A DNA stretch of 64,000 bases. Origin: Octopus sinensis. Taxonomy: Eukaryota. Every line of letters starts with the position of its first letter. Within the stretch, counting starts at the first letter, position 1. The stretch covers positions 51,584,001 to 51,648,000 of the forward strand of contig NC_043000.1 of the NCBI RefSeq assembly GCF_006345805.1, in the 5' to 3' direction. Shown here piece after piece: positions 53,551-64,000 of this stretch. The position numbers and the translations under genes were made by a program. The notes below the pieces were generated by a model. It did no database searches, had not been told where the DNA came from, and saw only the letters and a program-made list of their open reading frames with translations.

Positions 53551-55392
53551 GTCTTATACCAACTCCCCCATGCAATTTCCTCCCACCCGGTGCAACCTGT
53601 CGGCTCCAGCACATCCCGCTTTCCTATATGTGCGTGTATATGTGTATGTGTGTGTGTGTGCGTATGTATGTGCACATACGTGTACGTATGTGTACATATA
53701 CATATATATGTACATGTGCGTGTGTGTGTGTGTGTACGTGCATATAGGGTTCCCTGCATTTTCCCCCTATATATACAAATTTTGTCTCCCATATATGACT
53801 TCTTTTCCCTAAATATTTCTTCTCCTACACCCATATCCTCCCTATGTAGTCTCTTTAATCCCCTATATCTATACCCTTTCACATTCTAACTCAGATGTTG
53901 AACGCACACCGCCAAACTCCACTTCCCACCCTTCCAATTTTCAGTTCCCCCCGCCCGCCCCTACGTTTAACACACACCTCTAACTTCAACCACCTTCATC
54001 TCATGTTAAACTTTACAAAATTATATTTTTATCTTATTTTTTTTATTTCTATTTTTACTTTTATTTTTACTTTTATCCTACTTCCATTTATTTTTATTTT
54101 ATTTTAATTTTTTTTTACTTTTATTCTACTTCCATTTATTCTCATTTTCATTTCATCCCTTACCTTAACTCTTATAATTTTTATAATTCTTATACTTCAT
54201 TTCTAACTATTACATTGTATTTCTTATTTTATACTGTATTTCTTATTTCTAATCTTTACCCTTACCCTCATTCTTACCCCTAACTTATCGCTTTACACCT
54301 CTATATATGTTTATTTAACTTACCTATGGATCCACCTTTTGAATATACGAGCGTCCGCGTACGTGTGTATACGCATACATACATATGCACGCGCATATAT
54401 GTACATGCATACTTCGATATCTTATAGCTATACCCATGTGCGCGTGTGTCTCTGTGTGTGTATATGAGGGTATATGTGCACGCACATACGGACACACAGC
54501 CGTTGTGCGTGCGCGTATTGACATGAGTACGGGATTCTTTACATACGTTCTTATACACATCCTTTAATATCTTAACCTGGACCTAGAGGCTGTGGGCATA
54601 TACGTGTGTGTATGTAGTGATGGGCGCGCGTATATACATGTGAGCGTGTATGCGCGTAATGTCCGTGTATATATGCAGATATTCTGTTGTTTGTATGTGT
54701 GTGTACGCATGTGCGTGTGGGTGCGTGTGTGTTTTTTATGTCGTTTTTACACGCGAGTGCGTGTGTATGCTTATAGGCTTGGAGGCGTATATGTACGCGT
54801 GTATGTGGTGTGTATTATCCATGATGATATGTATGTACTAGAAGTCCATTTAATTCAAGGAACCAGATTAAATGCTCATCAGCTCTGATTTACAACGCAT
54901 TAAGTCCCCAGACGAAACTGTTGATGTACTGACAATTCTACAACTAAATTTTATCAATCTCCTGACCACCATGCTTGGTCCATACCTCTATACATCCCTT
55001 ATCTTTACATTCTTTTACACTTTTATCATGTTTTTATCAGGTTTTTTTACTTTTATTTCTATTTCTATTTTTACTTTATATTTCTTTATCCCCCTTACAT
55101 CTACTTACAACCCTTTATCCTCTACATTTTTATATTATTCTATACTTACACTTTTTATACATTTTTTATCCCTCGTCCCGAACTCTCGCCCCTCCATCTT
55201 CACCTCTATATATGTATTTATTTATTTACATTACCTCAACATCCAATTTTCCTCATTCTACATTGAGAGAAGAAAGAGATGGACGCTTCAACTCTATGCT
55301 GCTGCCGCATTATGTCGTACGTGAATGAGAGGATTTGCATCCCCACCAAGAATTTTTGATGTAACACATGTCCTTGTGGAAGCTGTTGTGCA

Positions 55393-55468
55393 CGGCTGAA
55401 GAAGGCCACAGACATACATTATGCATTGTTATAAATCTGTCTAATAAAGGCCCGAAACATATGTACCG
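55393..55468 (+). ncRNA. Type I hammerhead ribozyme motif in the PLE pseudo-LTR
   Basis: cgg-CTGAAGA-a-GGCC...(agaca/tgtct)...GGCC-c-GAAA-C-atat-G-TA-ccg: stem I cgg/ccg, CUGANGA core, stem II GGCC/GGCC, GAAA, short palindromic stem III ACATATGT, GUA cleavage triplet. Confidence 0.75.
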
Positions 55469-55576
55469 CTGAGTCCTTCGCATCATGTTTTTATTTTATT
55501 TTGATCAATTTACTCCACCACCTACACCACCAAACGGTATACACAGGTGCTTATAATTATCAAGTACTCACCCCGA

Positions 55577-55652
<76 letters not shown>

Positions 55653-56143
55653 AAATAGTGTTTGAGATAGAAACAGCCAAAACTTCATCAACTCCAAATG
55701 ATATTTACTCAACCAAGCCATAAAATATTAAATAATATACTTACTATTTATATTCATAATCCCAAAATGTTCCATATTACACACTACACGTGTTTCATGA
55801 GGGTACGTATGGTATTGTTAAGACACAAAGTCTCATTCAAAAACTCATTGTTTACACACTTCTAATTGATATTCCCTAATTATTATAATAATTATATATA
55901 TATACATACATGTGTATATATATATATACATATTTGTTTATATATATACATATACACATATATATATATATGTATACATACATTAAAATCTGGAGATTCT
56001 ACTAGAGTAGATGCAAGCGCTAATATATGATTTATAGAAACATGTGGCATGTTAATAAAAGTCTGTAAATATAAAACCATCCAGATTTCTGAGTACCTTA
56101 TTTCTTCTAATATATAATACCTGTACATCACCTCCAAACGTTC

Positions 56144-56212
<69 letters not shown>

Positions 56213-56243
56213 GCATATATATATATATATATATATATATGCA

Positions 56244-56281
<38 letters not shown>

Positions 56282-56296
56282 ATATATATATATAAT

Positions 56297-56333
<37 letters not shown>

Positions 56334-56514
56334 CATGCATATCTACGTATATATATATACACATTTATATATACATACCTATATATATATATACATATAT
56401 ATATACATACATACATATCTATATATACACACACACATATATATATCTATTTATACATTGATATATGTATATATCTATATATACATATATATATGCATAT
56501 ATATATATATATAG

Positions 56515-56551
<37 letters not shown>

Positions 56552-56582
56552 ATATATATACACATATATATATTTATATATA

Positions 56583-56880
56583 AATATATTATGGCTGCCC
56601 CCTCGTTATTGAGTATGGCCATTGCACAAAGCTTAACTGTAACTGGTGCTGTGATCAAATGTGACTTTTTAACCCAGCTAAAGATCTACAATGTCAAAAT
56701 TGGCAACTAAATCCTTTACTGGTAATAGCCGGCTGTAGTTGTAACTGGGCTTCATGTACCTTTGCATGTCGTTTAAGTCCTCCTGCCGAATTACACTCTC
56801 TTCCACATGCCCGACAGATATGATTAGTATGGTGTGTTACACCACCACCAGTGGCCAGGTTGTCACTCATCTGTCTCGTT
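56583..56880 (-). mobile_element. 3' end of an RTE-like LINE (C2H2 finger plus short tail)
   Basis: [23 protein letters not shown] then a short 3' region ending gagggggcagccataat. Embedded in (TA)n. Confidence 0.55.
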
Positions 56881-56902
56881 ATGTACATACATATATATAT
56901 AC

Positions 56903-56974
<72 letters not shown>

Positions 56975-56986
56975 TATATATGTATA

Positions 56987-57017
<31 letters not shown>

Positions 57018-58147
57018 GTATATATATAATAATATATACATATATATATATACACACATATATATACACAAACACACACACACGCACACATTTTCATAAA
57101 ACTAGATTTCTTTCCTATGATGTTTATACACTCATTTATGTACAATTATATTTACACAACCACAAACAATTCCCATGAGTTGTGCATCAGTAAGGTTGTT
57201 AATGACAATATATCTATAAACACTATTGGCTCAAATTTCTATTCAGATATCAGCAATGATGATATCAATGAGTTTTATATCCATATAAATATATATAATA
57301 CTTTTATAATTTAATGGGGTACTTGAAATATATTTAACTTAGAATTATATATATTTCTACTACATTCCTTCTTCCTCTATTCTAATGCTATATTCATTTC
57401 TGGTAATCTATTTATTTGAATGAATCCTCATTGTTATTTTATGTATGATCATATATATATGTATATACTTATAAGCATATATAATCTGTAATGTTGAATC
57501 TGAATGATCTTCCCAGTGAAATTTCTAAACACAAGGACATTTTTCCTAAAGAGTAATAACCTCTTTGAGTAGCTATGATGTAGAAACAATGTTTATTAAT
57601 TGTACAAGTGTGTGTGTGTTTTTATGTGTGTTTGTGTATTTATATATCATATTCACCTGATGAAAGTTTTACTGCAGCTTTATCTGCAGCATTCAAATCT
57701 CGATGTTGTTAAACATCATACTCTGGTATATAGTCTGTTACTTTGATAATAAGGTTTCAAAATTTCCAGTAGAGAAATTCATGGAGAGATTGAAAGTAAA
57801 CATATGTACTTTTAAGGAGGAAAATTGGCAGTGTCCTATGATATTTGTTCACTGCACTCTGAGCTCCAACTCTACTGAGATAAACATTACTTTTCACTGT
57901 TTTGTGGTTCGCAAAACATTGTAATAATCAACAGTGGTGGATTGGCAGTGCTGTTAGAGCAGTGAATGGGATAACTTGTGGTGCCTGTACCTGGTTTTGA
58001 TTTATGATAGCAAATATACACAAAAACGTAGATACAAATATGTATCAACCCTAAGTTGATGGTCTTTTCCCTAGACAACATCAGAGGTATGCGAGAAAAG
58101 ACTTTCTTCCATGAGGCAACTGCCAAAGATCCACAATTAGGTTTTCC

Positions 58148-58191
<44 letters not shown>

Positions 58192-58942
58192 TATACATAT
58201 ATATATATAAATGTATATATATATATATAACACAAAGACAGCATGTATTAAGTATTAGGCTTATGTTCAGGAAATAGGGTAAAGAAAAAGAAATGTAAGT
58301 CCCTAATGCTTCAAGTATCCACTTTTCTTCAGAAGGTAAGGAAAGACAAAGGGGGAAAAAATGGAGAAAGGAATGCATTTGTATACAACCACCAGGGCAT
58401 GTTGAAAATGTATATACACGTGCTGATACGTGGTTGAATCTTGAGCAACAGAGGCCCTAGATCTACTTCTGCAAATCAATAGATTTTAGACACACACACA
58501 CACATATACACACACATATATATTTATCTTCTACTATAGCCCCGGGCTAACCAAAGCTTTGTGAGTAGAATTTGTTGATGGAAACTGTAAGAAGCCTGTC
58601 GTATATATATATATGTATGTATATTTATGTGTTTATGTCTGTGTTTGTCTTCTTACCATTGCTTGACAACCAATGATGGTATGTCTATGTCCATCTAACT
58701 TAGCAGTCTGGCAATGGAGACTGATAGAATAAGTACTAGGCTTACAAAGAATAGGTCCTGGAATCAATTTCTTCAACTAAAAGAATAAAATAATATATAT
58801 ATATATGTATATATACAAATTGAGACAGGGGTTGCAAATGCAACCCTCTATGGGATAACATATATCCAATATACTGCTAGTGAAGTACCCAACAAGTTAA
58901 TACATATTTGATTTAGATGTATTTCTCCATTTTCTTATCTTG

Positions 58943-58976
<34 letters not shown>

Positions 58977-59926
58977 ATATATTATATATATATATTATAT
59001 TATATATATATATATATATATTATATTATATATATATATTATATATATATATTATATATATATATATATATATGTATATTGTTGTGGATAAGTAAAATAA
59101 CCAGTTGAATTTTTCCCACTTTGATACTGCTCTAAACAATATGTATGTTATAAATTTACACTAATATTGTCTGATATGCTGTTTTAACTAGTTCTTGAAA
59201 CAGTTCTTTGTAAGAAAGAAATTTTTCACTTGCAATTATCCTACGCAATAATGGTACACAGGTGTAATAAAATCCAATAAATTGTAATGATAGACCTCGA
59301 TAGTGAGCGTACTGTAATAACTCTGATTTGTTAAGTCTACTATGCATTATTATTGCTGTGTAGGATATGATTTTGGAAGAAATCTCAAAGGAATAATAAT
59401 CTGAAGTCTTTGATTCTTCAAATTATTATTCTTTTACCGTTAATAGAATTACTGAAAATTATATATTTACTGTAGGTGTACATAATGACAAAAGATGATC
59501 GTTAAGTGAGAACTAAATAGAAATTTATAACACAGTGATTAGTTGTGATAATTTGTTTAATATGTTTATGATATATAGTTTAGTATTTTTGAAGTCGAAT
59601 ATGAAAAGATTATATGGTTTAGAATAAAAGAGGAAATTAAACAAACACAGGCTCACACAGCAATGCACAGATTTACATAAACATAGAATCACAAGCATAT
59701 GAATATGAAAATGTGTGAATCACCATCATCATCATCATGAAATGTCCATTTTCTATCCTGGCATGTGTTAGATGGCTTGACAGGAACTGGCCAGCGAGAT
59801 GACTGTGAGTACACCAAACTCCACTGTCTATTTTGGCATGAATATATAAAATAAGTAAATAAATAAATAAATATATATAAATATATATATAAATGTATAT
59901 AAATATATCTATATAAATATATATAA

Positions 59927-59967
<41 letters not shown>

Positions 59968-60249
59968 TATATATATACTCCAAACTTACAGGGAAAAATT
60001 TAATTTAGTATTAAATCAAATTTCACAATATAAATATATAACATATATAAATTAAAGAAAAGCCACTATTATGTAATTTCTGTGATCAAGTTATATGTTT
60101 TATAATATATTTTATTTTTTCTTTATGATTTGGTTTATGCCTAACATTGTTTGAATTATATAATAATGGTTTTTCTCTAATATATATATATAAGATATAT
60201 ATATATATATACATATATATATATTATATATATATATATATATATACGA

Positions 60250-60323
<74 letters not shown>

Positions 60324-62558
60324 ATATATATATATTATAATATATATATATATATACATATATATATACACAGGCAGACAGACAGCCAGACAGATAGATA
60401 TGCTCACACTTTCAGTGTTGCCATTTCAACATCCACTTTTTACCATGTTTACATGTGCCAAATAGAGTTTGATAAGGCATATGTTATGTGACTGAATACC
60501 TTCCTGTTGCCAAATATCTGCCCTTTTCAAGCAAGGCAATATTTCCCCATGGCCAAATATGTATTCATGGAAGATCGGAAATAAATGGCACCACTTCTAT
60601 GAAGGTGCTAGTCATTTACAACTTTAAATGCTATCATGGTAAAGATATACTTTTGTGTATGCATACACACACATACACATATATATATAATCGCTTTTAT
60701 TGGTGTTGTTATTAATCATTGCAATCAGCATAATTAATAGTGTAATGATTGCATAGACCCATCTACAATTATGAAATCTCTTGAAATCAGGCATTTCAAA
60801 TATTTGCTTTGTAATCTCTTCATCCTATTATGAAGATTGTTTGCAGAATGTCCTATTGGTCAAATATTAATATGTTTAATGTCTAATAGCTAATTCTTTC
60901 CATTCCAGGCAGTTGTTTCATTTCTGTCCTCTTTCTTATATCTCACTTTTATAAATAACCGATGTTTACCATACTGCTCTATTGAATTCTTTGTGAGACA
61001 TTATCACTGCTGGAATTGTGTTTATAGTTCTGATCTAATGGCTAAAGAAAATGCTGCTGATGCATTTGGCTTGCGTCTTTGGTTTTGGCATCTCTCTGCT
61101 TCTAGAAATGATAAATCAAGAAATTGTTAAGAAAATCACAATGTATCATGGAACGAAAACTGGCAAGATATTTATTTCAATATTTGGAAGAATGCACAAA
61201 TAATATATATGTATTTAAATTTTTGAAATCCCCTGCCAGATATATACTGAGAATATGTATTACGCATGGAAGTATTTTTGGAAGACATTAAATTTCTTAC
61301 AATATCTTTTCTTTAGTAATTTACTCCTGCCTACGACTGTACACCATTGATTTAATATCAACTGTCTTAGTCACTGGGAACATACATTAAGACTAAGTTG
61401 ACATTGTTGTTTGGTTTGTGGAAAATTCAATAATTTTTCTGCATATCACAAATATTTTGCTGTGACTTTGATCAAAGCACTTGATTCTCTAGGGTTCAGT
61501 TCACCTCACTGCATTGGTTGTAGTTTTTCTCCTTGTTAGCAAGCACTGAGCAAACGTATGCTCAAAGGTATTCCAGCTACGACCACTCTCTCTGAGGCAT
61601 AGTGCTCTTTAGATTATGTTATCAAATGTCTTACTCATTTTTTAAACATGCAGTTTGAAGGATTCTTTCCTGTATGTGTGTGTGTGTGTGAGTGCATGTG
61701 TGCATGTACATGTGTCTGTGTGTATACACATACGTACTATAAGTTGGTACAGCTCACTGTTGTAAATAACTTGAAAATAGATAGAATTGATATTTTCTTA
61801 GCTTGTTATGTTATGTTCAAATTCTCTTGCATATTTCAATGAGGTTCTATGAACAAATACATATGTGTTGCCACGTGTAATATATAACTTAAAATAAACA
61901 AGACAAACTTAAGTTCTTATTTGAAGAAAACTAGCTACAGCAATAATTGTCTCTGTCAAAATTACAAAACTTTATGCCTAGAGATTATTAAGGTAAGTGG
62001 AATTTGCTAAAGTCATAGAAAGAATTGTTACTTTGAACTGACATGGCATAGGCTTCCTTAAATTTTTGAAAATTCTGAAATAGCAATTTCTTAATAGCTG
62101 TTGCAAGGTGTTCAAAAAACTGTGTTAAGAGATAATTGAACCAATCATATTTATAAACTATATGAATCTTTTAGTGGATGTATGTCATTTTTGTTTTCTG
62201 ATTAGTGCTACAGACTAAAAAAAACAAAAATCAATAAATTTATAAAAAACATTTTTTGTGCTCTAATTTAATTGATGGCATATATTGCAGCCATATGAAA
62301 GGCATCTAAGAATGATGTGCTATATTAAGATTTTCAAAATAAAAATTATTTGTATTATATTGATGTCATTAAGAATTTAGAAACTTCAAGAAATGTGAAA
62401 TAATTCTTTTTTAGAACAATGGAATTCGAAGCAGATAAACTATGAATAATTATGTGTAAATATTGGGTTAAAAGCCCTTTTGATACAAAAAGTCAAAAGC
62501 ATCCTTCGGGGTTTTTAACATTTAAGCATTCAGATTACTCTATCAAATATTATATAAT

Positions 62559-62947
62559 ACTAGCAGTATAGCCTAGAGTTGCTCTGGCTTGTTTTCTTTT
62601 CGACTTTAGAATTGGAATTTTTGAAAAGTGAAAATTTTGTATTATGTAGCTTGTTATTCTCTCTTTCCTTTTTGAAATACACCGAAGAATGGCGACACAG
62701 CAGTCAAGAAATCGTAAAAAATAAGGATTTTCATAGAAAAAAAAGCACCTTTTTGATGTAAATAATTTTTGGTCTTAACATGGTCCGATTAAAATTTTTT
62801 CTTCTCCGGAAAGAAGAGCAAGCCTTCTTCTATCATACTCTCAATTTTGGTCAACTTGCACTGCAGGGTCTCGGAGGAGATAGTGTTAGTTGAAGGCTAC
62901 CAAACCTGCCATACACAGACAACTTCAGCTTTATATATATATAGAGA
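62559..62947 (+). mobile_element. Helentron/DINE-1(Lep1)-like non-autonomous element nested in a piggyBac-type MITE
   Basis: Starts actagcagtatagcc..gttgctc.gg and ends cagacaacttcagctttatatatatatagag. It splits the MITE, whose two halves match 43399-43612. Confidence 0.5.
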
Positions 62948-64000
62948 TTTATTTATTCACATTGTTTTGAATTAATCGTGCATTATCTCATGGCTTTGAA
63001 AATTTGATGATGTGCTTGTATGTATTTTAGAATGACATTGTCAAGTAGATGAGAGAAGCCAGATCTGGCAAGTTGTAACGTAAAACAGGTAGAATATTTG
63101 GGCCAGTTTAAATGCTAAATGGTTAAAGTTTTTTTTTAAGCCAATATTTACGTGTTATTATTGATAGCTTTACCTGTTTTGAGTTTCACTGTTCCAAAAA
63201 CAGAATGTATTATTTAGAAATATCGTGCTCATTAAAGAATGTCACAGAATAATTTTTAGGTATTTATAAAAAAAAAACATTTATATCGTCTCTGTTGATA
63301 GAATAATTATTACATTAAGATTCAAACCATATTTAATTATACCAATCAAATAATTTGTTTAATTTATATGGTTTCAAACATTTTTTTTTAACTTTAAGTG
63401 TGCAAACCTATTTTTAGTTCACTAGAAAATTTATTATCTGAACAACTAACTTTTGAAAATATAACATAGTATTGTAGTTTTAGAAATATATCAATTAAAA
63501 TTTAAAGGCCTACATAAGTAATGGTTTGTTTGGTTAACTTTGTGTAGTAAAATTTATGTGAATCTGTGAAGGGGCTGGATGAGTAATTTCGTCTAGAGTT
63601 GATAAAAAACACTGTTCTTGAAATTTTACTTGTAAGCACTAAGGGAGGTAACTATCATTTTTACAGTTACCTCCCTTACCAATAATGGCTATAAATCTAT
63701 TTAGCATTTAAAAGATTTTTTCAGATTTGGACATCAAATTTAATGGGTTTTTTTTACTCTCTAAATATATAGGAAAATTTCTAGAAAGCGAGAAATATTC
63801 CATTGGATTTTAGTTTTCTATTTTTTAGGAAAATATCACCATTTTTTTTTCAAATTAACAAGTTTTAAATATTAGATGATTTTTGCACTTAGTAGAAATA
63901 ATCACTTGAGTAATTAGAAAATCAAATTAAGAAATAAATGACCTCCACTTAATATCTGAAGGAAATTCTATTGCTAATGTCTAATCTAATTATTTTAATT

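Larger units (their letters stand above)
48533..55583. mobile_element. Penelope-like retroelement (EN+ PLE) insertion: near full-length copy on the minus strand (53232->48533) plus an inverted, 5'-truncated copy on the plus strand (53231->55583)
   Basis: 48533-50820 is the near-identical reverse complement of 53231-55510. 53156-53232 directly repeats 48533-48610 (pseudo-LTR). 53081-53155 is the reverse complement of 55510-55583. An RT and a GIY-YIG domain lie between these repeats, and both ends abut (TA)n. Confidence 0.95.

Noticed and set aside
54870-54930. Second hammerhead-like motif in the PLE 3' UTR (gtc-ccca-gac-GAAAC-tgttg; ctgatgag on the opposite strand at 49161)
   Set aside because: CUGANGA and GAAA lie on opposite strands, so no complete core can be built on either.
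57655-57750. CTGATGA followed by hairpins
   Set aside because: No GAAA or stem III at the required position; too degenerate to call.
63641-63677. 13-bp hairpin aagggaggtaact / agttacctccctt
   Set aside because: Real but isolated; probably a transposon subterminal motif, and no element boundaries could be defined.

Overview
AT-rich, repeat-dense animal non-coding DNA. The SINE families and (TA)n/(ATT)n load look like an octopus (coleoid cephalopod) genome; this is inferred from remembered repeat families, not from a search. No host protein-coding gene is supportable, and almost all ORFs in the track are microsatellite artefacts. The main feature is a young ~7 kb Penelope-like retroelement (PLE) insertion at 48533-55583, sitting in (TA)n. 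It has a near-complete minus-strand RT + C-terminal GIY-YIG ORF broken only by 1-nt indels, an inverted ~2.3 kb copy of its 3' half, and type I hammerhead ribozymes (HHRs) in its pseudo-LTRs. Other PLE-derived material includes three different GIY-YIG relics in 22.4-24.7 kb and a cluster of fold-back fragments at 27.9-29.0 kb. One of those fragments carries an HHR fold with a compensatory G3:C8 core swap. The 8.9-19.4 kb region is a nest of RLE-type (R4/Dong-like) LINE 3' ends and SINEs stacked in (ATT)n repeats. Tc1/mariner, pogo, hAT, piggyBac-type and Helentron-like relics or MITEs are scattered through the rest.
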